A stretch of DNA of 64,000 nt from Eledone cirrhosa (Eukaryota): contig OZ024742.1 of NCBI GenBank assembly GCA_964016885.1, positions 354,454,001-354,518,000 on the forward strand, read 5' to 3'. Below are positions 29,904 through 44,319 of this stretch, in pieces. The position numbers were made by a program, and so were the translations under genes. The stretch's first letter is position 1; each line of letters starts with the position of its first letter. The notes beneath the pieces are model-generated. The model was not told where the DNA came from and searched no databases. It saw only the letters and a program-made list of their open reading frames with translations.

Positions 29904-32101
29904 AAATCTCATAAATATCCACCTAGAATTAAAGACATGGCCAACTTCGAATTAGACCTTGTTAATTTAATTAGTGATATCAAATTTCGTAAGTACAATA
30001 ATAATTTTCAAACTAAACTGTCTAACGATATTTCTAATTTTAAAAATTCTACAAATACCTTTGTTCTTTCCGTTAAAACTAAAAATCTCTTTGAAGTTAA
30101 TAGTATTGTGTATAACCAACTTTTAACTAATAGTATCACCAACAAATATCAATTAACTAATAATAATACCTACAATACTATTAATAAAGAAGCTAAAGAA
30201 CTAGCTAGTTCTTTAAAAATAAACAACCGGATTGAAAGCTTAGCAAAGTGTAAAGAATATATTACCCTTAAAGATCATAAATTAGACTTTACTAATCGAC
30301 CTAGGTGTAGACTTATTAACCCGGCTAAATGCGAAGTTGGCCTTGCAAGTAAAACAATCTTAAGAAAAATAATTCTCCAAATTAGAACTAAGACTGACCT
30401 ATCACAGTGGTTAAATACTTTCCTCTGTTATTTCTTGGTTTAATAATATACTAGGTAAAATAAGTGTAGATTTACCCAATTTGATGTTGTTGATTTTTAC
30501 CGCTCTATTACTGTTTCATTATTAACTAATGCCATAGAATTTGCAAGACCCTTCATTAATATTTCTAAATTAGAAGAAGGCATTATCTTTCATGATAGAA
30601 AGACTTTACTCTTTACTAATGAAAATATTTGGGTTAAAAAGTCAAACCCTGAAAACTCTGTTGATGTTGCAATGGGTTCATATGACAGTACAGATGCGTG
30701 TGACTTAGTAGGATTATTCCTTCCCCACATACTCAAAGAGAAATTTCTTTCCCATAATATCGGTTTATACCGTGATGACGGATTGGCAGTTTCTCATACC
30801 ACCAACGGCCATAATCTTGATAAATTCCGTAAATATTTAATCAATACTTTTGCTAATCTTAACCTTAAAATTACTATAGATACGAACCTTACCAATGTTA
30901 ACTTTCTTGACATTAATCTTGATCTACTTACCGCCTCTTTTAAACCTTATCATAAACCTAATGAAAATCTTAGATATATACACAAAGAGTCTTGCCATCC
31001 CCCTATAGATTTAAAAATCTTATTCCCAACATTAGCCGTAGGATTTCTACCATATCTTCGTCTATAGACATTTTTAATAAAGCGGCCTCTTATTATAATA
31101 AAGCCCTTAATAACAGCCTGTTTTACAGAACACATTTATTATTTACCTACTCCCCCTCCTAAAACTAACAACAATAATAGGAAAAGGAAAATTATTTGGT
31201 TTACACCCGTTCTCTCTAACTGTCATAACTAATGTAGGAAGGAAATCCATTGACCTCTTAGATAAACATTTTCCTCCTAATCATAGATATTATAAGATAT
31301 TTAATAGAAATGCTGTTAAGATCAGTTACTCTTCTTGCCCATGAATGAAGTCTAAGATCACTACTTCAAATCATACGAGAACAAATCCAGGATGCAGTTG
31401 CAGGAAGACGGATGAATGCCCATTACAGGGCAAATGTAACACCAAATCTGTTGTTTATGAGGCCAAAGTGACACCTTTAATCAACAACCAGCAGCCAGGA
31501 GTGAGCGATATGTTAGCATGACCCAGGAGAGGTTTAAAACCAGGTTTTATGCACACGTCGCTTCTTTTAAGCACTCCGATAAACGAACAACAACGGCCAT
31601 CGCAAGTAAGCTGTGGGAATTCAAGGATAAAAACATCCCGTACTCTATCGATTGGTCTATTTTAGACCATTCGAGGGAGTACCAAAGGGGCACAAAGAAT
31701 TGTTCTTTGTGTACCACAGAAAAATATAGGATTTTGCTAAACTTGAAAGCCACTTCTGCTTGCCTGAACTGAAAGGCCGAGATCTTCAGATGTTGTCCTC
31801 ATCTGACATCACATCTGATCTGTAACTGGGTTGACATTCCTATGATAACTCAACCACCTTGAACTCCTCTCCTGCTCTTTACTTCCACTACGGTTTTTTT
31901 ATCTGTTGAATCCACGTTCTGTACTCTCGTATGCTCTTTCTCCCTTATCTCCCTTTATATTTAAACCTTTTCCTATGTCATTTATTTCCCCCCCCCCTTG
32001 TCCCCCCTATACATTTTTGCCTTACCCTACACATACCGAATTCTTTTTATTTTTAGATATTAATTTTTTTTGTGTGTTGCGTATATGTATGTATATGTGT
32101 A

Positions 32102-32196
<95 letters not shown>

Positions 32197-32420
32197 ATGT
32201 ATATGTGTGTGTATATGTATATGTGTATGTATATATTTGTGTGTATGTATGTTTATATCTGTCTGTATGTATATGTATATGTATATATAATCGTATATTA
32301 TATATTTCTGCTGTATTTGTGCGTGTGTGTGTGTGTATATGTATATTTTTTTATATATTGGTTTTGTGTGTATATATATAATAGCCTCAGAAACGGCTTG
32401 AGCTCTGCCGTGGGGTCAGA
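29904..32420 (+). mobile_element. Hydra-like PLE, near-complete RT plus GIY-YIG, frameshifted
   Basis: YITLKDHK..RLINPAK; QFDVVDFY; MGSYDSTDACDLVGLF..GLYRDDGLA; VNFLDINLDL; CSCRKTDECPLQGKC (CxCx5C); YVSMTQERFKTRFYAH..CSLCTTEK. Confidence 0.9.
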
Positions 32421-32430
32421 ATTGTTCCTA

Positions 32431-32477
<47 letters not shown>

Positions 32478-32544
32478 GTAATTGTATATGTGTGTATTTC
32501 TGTGGTTCTGTTTTAGTGTGTGTGTATGTATATGTATATGTATA

Positions 32545-32605
<61 letters not shown>

Positions 32606-32643
32606 AGGAGGTTATAGTTCACTTGAAGCATTGTGTAATGAGG

Positions 32644-35600
32644 TATAAACGTTAGAATATGTGTAATAAGGCCAAGACAATGCAGGTATGGACATAGAAA
32701 AAATAATGCAATAGTGAAAGATATTGATGTGAATTCGTCTTTCACCTTGAATTTATTTAAATGTCCTTAATTTTCGAGATAATATCTCTTCTTCGGAGGG
32801 AAGTAAGGGTCTCCAACCAGCGTCTTAAATCTCTAATCAAGCCATGCTGACCGGAAATAGTATAGAGTATCTGTTCTAACTTTAATATCAAAGAATTAAA
32901 ATTAGGTGGATAAAGAGTATTCTCCCTTTAAGAGGGGTTTGTTTATGTTATGTTTTTGTTTTTGTTTTATTTTTTTAAATTTTATATGCGTGCCTGTATA
33001 TGTGTGTGGGAGAATGCATGAAGGTGTAGGTATGTGGGTGTGTGTGTGTGAGTGTGGGAAGATAGGTCTAATCGTAAAAGTGGGGGGTAGTTGTTATCTG
33101 GTGTTAGAACTGGTTGTGTGTGTGTATGTGTGAGAGAGAATAAGTGGAGGTGTGCGCGTGCGTGTGTCTGGGGTGTGTAAAAATGGGGCTAGAGGCCCTA
33201 CCAGGTTATAAATTGGGTGTTGAGCTCTAGTCTATTATTGATTGGTGGATGTGTTCTATCTATAATAAGTGCTTCCTTAATTCTAAGGTTGCCGAGGTTT
33301 CTTTCCTTAGTTTCTATCCTAACTGTTATGTTTTTATCGGTGTTTTTGCATTTAACTAGGTGTTTCTTAAATGAGGAAGCGTTAGTATTGAGGTGTTCTT
33401 TCATTCTTATTATTTTATTCTTTTATTCTTGAAACAGAGACTGGACGACAGACTATGGCTCGACATAGAAACGAATTTCTCTCGGACTGCCTACCAACTG
33501 AAATGGATATCGACTCTCGACAACAACACCACGGAATCCACCACACCCAGATTCCCGATATACCAACTAGATCGCCCACTCTATCCACCGCCCGCCAACC
33601 GCGAGCTGGAAGAAAAACTCTCGAGACTAAAACATTCTGTATTTAACATCTTACGGAAACAGAAGAAGATGGCCGCTAACCTCTCCAGGACACAACAACT
33701 CGCCCTGAAGAACCTACGGAATAAGGAACTTATTTACTTACCATCCGACAAAGGTAAAGAGTTCTGCGTCATCTCTCAAGCCACATACAATAACCTAGCC
33801 TTCGAACACCTAAGCGATAGTGAACTGTACACAGTGATCCCGGACATGACCGCAGCCCAAATCGAAAAACAGACCAACTCCATTTGGTTCGATAACTGTA
33901 GGAGAAGACACCTCCCGAATAAAATTAAACTCAACTACACCACTAGAAATAGCAGACTGCCCACTTTCTACCACCTCATCAAGACCCACAAGAATAGCAC
34001 TAAGACGCATATAAGACCCATCGTCTCTAGCATAGAAGGACCCCTATACAAAATTTCCTGGCTCCTCTCCCACGTCCTCAAGCCTCTACTCTCTACCTTC
34101 CCCGGACATGTCAGTAGCTCCGACGAAGTTATACGTAGATTACACCAACTCCAGCCAGAACAACTTAAACTAAATAAATACGCTTTTAGCCTCAACGTTG
34201 TCTCCCTCTACACTACAGTCCCCGCTCATCCAGCTGTCGATTTATTGACGGACTGCGTGGTCGCAGAGAACACCCACAGCTACGGCCTCCACCCGACGGA
34301 CATACACCAGCTTTTGACCTTCACAGTAGACAACACGTACTTCACCTTCCACCACCACACATACAGACAGACAACATGATTACCCATGGGATCCAGCCTA
34401 TCGGGCCTGCTGGCCATCACTTACATGAACCAGCTAGAATGCCGAGCCCTCAACACCTGCCATTCCCATGCCTTCTTCACCCGATATGTAGATGACATAC
34501 TCATCCTTACATCATCCCGTGAGGAGGCAGAGAAAATATACACAACATTCTCCAGCATGGCCGCCAGTATAAAGTTCAGCATGGAACACCCCGATGTCCG
34601 CGGATCCCTATCCCTGCTGGACTTCCAACTCAGGTTAACAGAGGTAGGCAACATCCACACCTGCTTCTATAAAAAATCCGCCAGCAGGGACCTGTTCGTA
34701 CATTTCAGATCGGCCCTCCCACTCGGTGCCAAGTTCGGATACATAAAGAACGAACTGGCACGTATCAAGAACAAATGCACCGATGCCAGAGACCGAGACA
34801 CACACACCACACATTTCCTGGAAGTACTCAAACTGAACGGATACACGACATCCACCACAAACCGTGCCAGGAAGAACAGAGGACACCACACCCGAGGCAC
34901 TAACACTTGCTTCCAGAAGCTCCCACACTTCTGTGAAGAAACAACAACAGCCATCCGCAGAGCCATCAGACGAGAGGGTCTGGATATTCAACTGGCCCAC
35001 TCGGGTCCTTCTTTGCGCAGACGGCTGGCTAAGAGATACTCCACCAGACATGACAACTGCTGCAGACTAGCCAACTGCCCCATCAACGACACAGACCTAT
35101 GCCACCAGGCTTACGTAGTATACAGACTAGAGTGTGACAAATGCAACAACTTCTACGTAGGTAGCACCACCAGACCACTCCACATAAGAATAAAAGAACA
35201 CCTCAATACTAACGATTCCTCATTTAAGAAACACCTAGTTAAATGCAAAAACACCGATAAAAACATAACAGTTAGGATAGAAACTAAGGAAAGAAACCTC
35301 GGCAATCTTAGAATTAAGGAAGCACTTATTATAGATAGAACACATCCACCAATCAATAATAGACTAGAGCTCAACACCCAATTTATAACCTGATAGGGCC
35401 TCTAGCCCCATTTTTACACACCCCACACACACGCACGCGCACACCTCCACTTATTCTCTCTCACACATACACACACAAAACCAGTTCTAACACCAGATAA
35501 CACCTACACCCCACTTTTACGATTAGACCTATCTTCCCACACTCACACACACACATACACATACCTACACCTTCATGCATTCTCCCACACACATATACAG

Positions 35601-35946
35601 GCACGCATATAAAATTAAAAAAAACAAAACAAAAACAAAAACATAACATAAACAAACCCCTCTTAAAGGGAGACTACTCTTTATCCACCTAATTTTAATT
35701 CTTTGATATTAAAGTTAGAACAGATACTCTATACTATTTCCGGTCAGCATGGCTTGATTAGAGATTTAAGACGCTGGTTTGAGACCTTTACTTCCCTCCT
35801 AAGAAGAGATATTATCTCGAAAATTAAGGACATTTAAATAAATTCAAGGTGAAAGACGAATTCACATCAATATCTTTCACTATTGCATTCTTTTTTCTAT
35901 GTCCATACCTGCATTGTCTTGGCCTTATTACACATATTCTAACGTT

Positions 35947-35950
<4 letters not shown>
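32644..35950 (+). mobile_element. Young PLE (CCHH GIY-YIG, Neptune/Nematis-like) with an inverted 5' pseudo-LTR
   Basis: 32644-33410 is a near-identical reverse complement of 35184-35950. Inserted in TA context. Confidence 0.93.
33430..35393 (+). pseudogene. PLE RT-GIY-YIG ORF with one in-frame stop (TGA at 34377-34379)
   Basis: PSDKGKEF, FYHLIKTHK, IRPIVS, SLNVVSLYT, QTT*LPMGSSLS, RYVDDIL, LSLLDF, VVYRLECDKCNNFYVGSTTRPLHIRIKEH. The two track ORFs share one frame. Confidence 0.92.
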
Positions 35951-35981
<31 letters not shown>

Positions 35982-36243
35982 GGGTGTGTGTATATGCATA
36001 ATTACATACAGTGATTTAATGCTCATTTTCAGTGATCTTTTGCTCCAGGAACTGGTTGAGTCATCTAAATCTGCTATACACATTTATACCCTTTTCTAAA
36101 TATATATTTTTTTATTTATTATTTATCGTATTCCAAACTTTTTATTTTAATTTTAATTTTTATTTTTATATATACAATATATTTTTTTGTATATACAATA
36201 TTTATTTTTTTTTTATTTTTATATATATAATGTTTATGTTCCT

Positions 36244-36322
<79 letters not shown>

Positions 36323-36430
36323 TACGTGTGTGTGTGTGTATGTATGCATGCACACGTTTGTGTATGTATATATGTGTGTGTAGGTATATATGTGTACGTG
36401 TGTATGTATGTATGTGTATATGTGTGTATT

Positions 36431-36513
<83 letters not shown>

Positions 36514-36659
36514 GAGTTAAACAAGGTTCATATGAATTATCTAAGAATGAGTTTTACACACACATACATGTGTGTGTTGGTATTTGTATGTATGTGTTTG
36601 TGATATGCATGTATATGCATGTGTATATGTGTATGTATGTGTATATATGTATATATATA

Positions 36660-37801
<1,142 letters not shown>

Positions 37802-37884
37802 TATATAACAAAGTAATTGTGGAAAGGAACCAGATGGGCCATAACGCACCAGAGTACTCAATACTTAGTGTTGTAGAGTGGGAA

Positions 37885-38415
37885 ATAGGAAAAAGTATGA
37901 CTCCAACGGCAGAACTCAAGCCATTTCGACGGCTATTTCTGGACTAAATTAGAATTTTTAGCCTGGTAAATAAATAGCCGAACTTGAGAAGGGGTACTTC
38001 CTTATACGGGAAGATTGTAGTTGTCAATAGGATTTGTTAAAACTTGTGTGTAAACACAAATAAGTCTATCATGGCATTTGGTGTGTAGGTACGGGTGGCT
38101 GAACTTGCATGTAGAACAATAGGTGAGTGAGTGGATATGTATACATATCACTTTCAACGCTTGACCGCTCCACTCACTCCCCTATTGTTCTACAGGCAAG
38201 TTCAGCCTCCCCTACCTACCACCAAATGCCATGATAGACTTATTTGTGTTTACCACAAGTTTTACCAATCCTCTTGACAACAACAATCTTCCCGTATAAG
38301 GAAGTACCCGCTTAACAAGTTCGGCTATTTATTCACCAGGCTGAAAATTCTAAATTAGTCCAGAAATAGAAGTCGAAACGGCTTGAGCTCTGCCGTCGGG
38401 GGTTATACTTTTTCT
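37885..38415. mobile_element. ~530-bp palindromic pLTR-derived element
   Basis: Arms 37890-38136 and 38168-38412. GAAAcggcttgagctctgccgt also occurs at 32390, at the end of the Hydra-like PLE. Confidence 0.75.
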
Positions 38416-38532
38416 TATATATATATATATATATACTCGTACGTACACATATACATACATATATACACACGTACATACATACATATACACATACACACAC
38501 ATACATATACCTACACATATACACACACAGAT

Positions 38533-38595
<63 letters not shown>

Positions 38596-38605
38596 TATAG
38601 CAGGC

Positions 38606-39663
<1,058 letters not shown>

Positions 39664-39779
39664 TCCTATGATTTTCATCGAAAATTGTTGAATGCATCTT
39701 CTCTTTTCATGATATTTGGATTACATTGAGTTCTTCATACCGATTGGACACTACCGTATATTTTGGTAGATTCATCTAC

Positions 39780-39849
<70 letters not shown>

Positions 39850-39855
<6 letters not shown>

Positions 39856-40700
39856 GTGATTGCACAACAATTAGTTCACCATACCGAGAAAAATTGTTTC
39901 ACCTTAGCGGATCCTCACCTCGGAATGGGCATGGTTTTAGGAACAGGAAGGACAACCGTAGGAACGGGCATGCGCAGAAACCCGCTCACTTCACACAGGC
40001 AATACTAGACTGCGTGCGAGAGGTGTAAGGGAGATAACTGTGAAAGTCCGAAAAGGTTTTAGGTTGAAAAATAAAATTACAAAGACTCAGCACGGACCCT
40101 TGTATTTATAATAGGTGTTTGGCGACGTGTGGACAACGTGTGAAAAATTCATTTCTCGTCTTTAGGCAATCACTAATGCGTAATCTCTTTATAATAGTTA
40201 TTCGTTCGTCAATACATAAGCCACTCGTCGGGTTTCCTCTTGCGTATGGCTTGGACTTAATGACGGCTTTCCATTGAATGGAGTAGTCTATACTTGAGTC
40301 CTTGACGGACCATACGTGGATAGCGAGTTTCGTGGATTAACGTCTGTCCCGGTACCTTAAGGTAGACTGGTGGTTCAGGAAATGTTCCTTAAATGGTCCC
40401 TCCGCCATGCCCACATAGGATTTTACCTCCTGTGGTTCGTTTGGTCGATTGAAAGTGACCACAGCTACATAAATTACAGCTGGTGTGTTGCATTGCTGTT
40501 GAAGGGGGCAAGCTTCAGGCTTACGACAAGAGCACCCTGGTGGGGTGTTGCTCCTAGGGCTACTGGTGATGTGGGAATTCATGTTCTTAGCGCAGGATAA
40601 TTCTACTTTAACTTTGTGTCGGTTAAAGATGGAGCGGTATTTATGAGCTATGGGAAAGTGTCTATGTAAGAGAGCTAGAGCAGTTTTTCCTACATTGTTT
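39850..40700 (-). mobile_element. 5'-truncated Hydra-like PLE with pLTR HHR (39884-39923)
   Basis: GCSCRKPEACPLQQQCNTPAVIYVAVV..YVGMAEGPFKEHFLNH; ccgag GTGAGGA t-cc gctaa gg-t GAAA caattt TT ctcgg. Confidence 0.82.
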
Positions 40701-40704
40701 TACT

Positions 40705-42390
40705 ACTTTACTACTATGAACATAGCACACAATATAAATAGAATCAATAACAGAAATTTAAACCCTAACCATAATAACCAAAATAACAGTAACATCTCTA
40801 GCAATATCCAAAATAATAGTACCGTTCCGAATAAAAACAACTCCGCAAAATGTTACTGTAGAATTAAATTAAACTGTCCTTTACAACATAGATGTTTAGA
40901 TAAGGAGGTGGTCTATAAATGTACAGTGAAAACCAATGATAATATATTTAACTATGTCGGTGCAACTTCTACAGAATTTAAAAGTCACTGGAATAATCAC
41001 AAATGCTCTTTCCGAAGATTTGATAAAACATCTTCAACTTCTCTTTCAAACCTGATATGGAACTTAAAATGCAAATATATGGACTATTCATTTACTTGGG
41101 AATTAATCTCGAAAGCACCCGCGTACCGAAACACAGCTTTATCAAGATTCTGCAAATGTTTGTGGAGGAAATTGTTTTCATAATTAAATGTAAGGACTCT
41201 ATTATCTAAGAACGAATATATTTAATTCTTGTAGACATCGCCTGATTTCAACATTTAGAACTATATATAAATTATAATTACACTTATATTTCTACTTATT
41301 TCCATAACAATCTTATCCACTTGGTTTTAATATATTGATATCTCTAAATCATATCTATAACATTTGCTATAATTTCACTTATTAAAGTTACATAAAATAT
41401 ATACATATATAATTCTAATTTGTTTTAAAATTTTATTTTTATTTTAATTGTAATTTTAATCTTAATACTTTTTAATTCTTTATTTTTTATTTCTTTATTT
41501 TTTTAATTTGTTAACACTTTATTTATTTATTTATTTTTTTTAAATACTTATCTCTTATGAATTATTTTTTAAATAATTTTCTCAAATTTCAATATTTTTC
41601 AATAGTTTTTATTAGTTTTATAACCACTAACTAATTCTGGCTAAATATATCTTTCAAGATTTATGCTTATTTTGACAAAATAATCTCATACTAACGAATA
41701 CATAAACTAAACTGGAGTTTTTCCGTATCTTCCCTTTTAAAATATATAATAAATATTCTTTTTAACTCGGTTAATTTAATTTAATTTAACTTAATATTTA
41801 CTTACATTAAATACAAAACCAATATCCCACATAACTCATTAAAACAATCATATTTAAGATGATATTCATTTATTTATCTATTTACTTATCTATTTATTCA
41901 TTTATGTATTTACTTATTTATCTACTTATAACAGAAAACATTATATTAGAAACAAATTTTAAACAACTAATAGTCGTAAATACACGTACTATTAGAATAT
42001 ATTTCCCCCAAATTAACGTTATATGAGTTTTATTCATCCTATCTTGTCTATTTCTTCTCTCTATCTCTCTCAGAATATTGTTTATCTTTATCCCCTAATA
42101 TTTTTTCTCTCTTTCTTGCTCCAGTGTCATTTAAATAAACGGTTGTTTTTCAAATATTTACATATTCATTTACTTATTCACACATAGGTTTTAATAATCC
42201 CTAATATATTTCCACTATCCAGTGAATTTCCGACCGATAAGGTATGATTTTCATGGGTATGTCTCTATTTATAAAACAAACTTTGTATTTTATCTGATGA
42301 AAGCGTACCAATGTTGTCTTGGTACGATTGAAATATATATAATAAAATAAATATGGTTTTATAAATATAGTTTCCATTTATTTAATATCA
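40705..42390 (+). mobile_element. 5'-truncated Hydra-like PLE (different family) with a long AT-rich 3'UTR
   Basis: CYCRIKLNCPLQHRCLDKEVVYKCTV..YVGATSTEFKSHWNNH..WNLK..WELI. Confidence 0.82.
42286..42349 (+). ncRNA. Type I hammerhead (intact)
   Basis: tattttat CTGATGA aagcgtaccaa tgttgtc ttggtacgatt GAAA tatata T A ataaaata. 8-bp stem I and an ATATATAT palindromic stem III. Confidence 0.82.
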
Positions 42391-42407
42391 TTGTATATAT
42401 ATATACT

Positions 42408-42752
42408 TATAATATAAGATCGAAAGATGGTTAAAAGAGTTCCAAGTATTTTATTATGCGCATTTACAATACAAATATCATCATGGGATGATATCTGCGT
42501 TTTCATCAGATAAAATAGGGATGCACGGTATGAAGCTTAAAAAATACTTGTGAATAGTGAAGATTTAAATCAACATATGATAGATATGTTGATTTAAAAC
42601 TTCACTATTCATAAGTGTTTTTTAAGCTTCATATCATGTATCCCTATTTTATTTGATGTAAACGCAGATATCATCCCATGATGATATTTGTTTTTGAAAT
42701 GCGCATAATAAAATACTTGGAACTCTTTTAACCATCTTTCGATCTTATATTA
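42408..42752. mobile_element. Palindromic pLTR-derived element with degenerate HHRs in both arms
   Basis: Arms meet at tcaacatat-gatag-atatgttga. Same family as 97-270. Confidence 0.82.
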
Positions 42753-43176
42753 TTTATACTCCAGTCCTACAAACTGTAGAGTGGTACTTATCCGATATTT
42801 GCATTGCTTTATTGTGCTACCATAAAACTCACCTCATACATTATATATATACATATACATGTATATATATATATATATACACACACATACATATATACAC
42901 TTACATAAACACATATGCACATACACATACACATATATATATATACACATACACATATATATATATATATATACACATACACACACAAAAACAAGATGGC
43001 ATAGGACAGAACAAAGGAAAGACGCAAAAACAAAGAAAATAATCCCCAGTCACTGAAGAGGTCACATAATGTGACATATACGTTCATATATGTATATATA
43101 TATAATGGAAAAATTTGAACAGGAACACAACAGAGAGGCAGTACAACGAATGTTTATTAATTTCATGCTCTGGCGA

Positions 43177-43207
<31 letters not shown>

Positions 43208-43210
<3 letters not shown>

Positions 43211-43402
43211 ATAATAATAAATTTCAAGACTAAATTCCAAAGAGGGCTCGATACGTATAAATATATATCATATATATAAGAACCGTTGAGCAAATATTTA
43301 TTAAGATAACAGATTAAAGTTTAAGCAAATAATCGGTGCTTTCACCCTTAACGGGATCTTCAGAAGACCCCGTTAAGGAAGAAAGCAGCGATTCTTTGCT
43401 TA
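43208..43402. mobile_element. Mini fold-back derivative of the 26085 family
   Basis: agcaaataatcggtgctttcacccttaacgggatcttc-a-gaagacccgttaaggaagaaagcagcgattctttgct. Confidence 0.7.
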
Positions 43403-43413
43403 TGTATATATAC

Positions 43414-43446
<33 letters not shown>

Positions 43447-43454
43447 AATATATT

Positions 43455-44100
43455 TATATGTATATATATGTATGCGTATGTATGTCTACATATGTGTATA
43501 CATATGAATATGTGTATGGATATATTTGTATATATGTATGTGTGTATGTACCATTATGTATGTTTTTTGTGGGTGGGCGTGCGTCTATGTGTGTGTACGT
43601 GTGTAAGTGAGCGCGTGTGTGATTTGGGTTTGCGGACACCTAGACTATATATTAAGAGAAACTTCACAATAAGGGTTCTCGCCCCAACACTTGAATCTTT
43701 TGATGGAACCCTTTCTACCTTCTTCACCCTTACTTCATCCTTAAAGAATTAGCTTCTAAAGACTTTCCCTTTTCTTTAGACCATTGAACCCCACCCATCC
43801 TGTAGACACCTGTCTTACAGGCATCGTTAGTCTAAGTGATAAACAAGGATTGGTATTCCAATTTTGAATTTGTTTACAATATTCTTTCTGCCTTTGTTAA
43901 TATTATAGCTTTTAATAATTAGCTTTTAATGAACTCCCTTTTTTTAAAATCCTTCAACCAATAACCTACACCCATCCCAATATCAACCCTCTCCTACCAC
44001 CAAATATGAAAATATTTAAATACTACCATTTACTTCGACAGCCAGCTTCCTGATAATTTCTCACGAATGAAACAGTTCTAGTCCCGTGGAAGCTCTTCTA
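43455..44100 (+). mobile_element. pLTR-like repeat (homolog of 27290-27995) with a degenerate HHR
   Basis: agcttc CTGATAA tttc tcac gaat GAAA cagttctagtcccg TG gaagct. Confidence 0.7.
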
Positions 44101-44202
44101 TATCAAAACATATATATATATAATGTGATTGTCTATATATATATATATATATATATTGTGAGAGAGGGGGGAGAGACAGTGAGAGAGATAGAGAGAGAGA
44201 GG

Positions 44203-44312
<110 letters not shown>

Positions 44313-44319
44313 GTTTGTC

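Noticed and set aside
34377-34379. Selenocysteine or readthrough TGA
   Set aside because: It falls on the conserved Gly of RT motif B', and I recognised no SECIS. A simple nonsense change or sequencing error is more likely.
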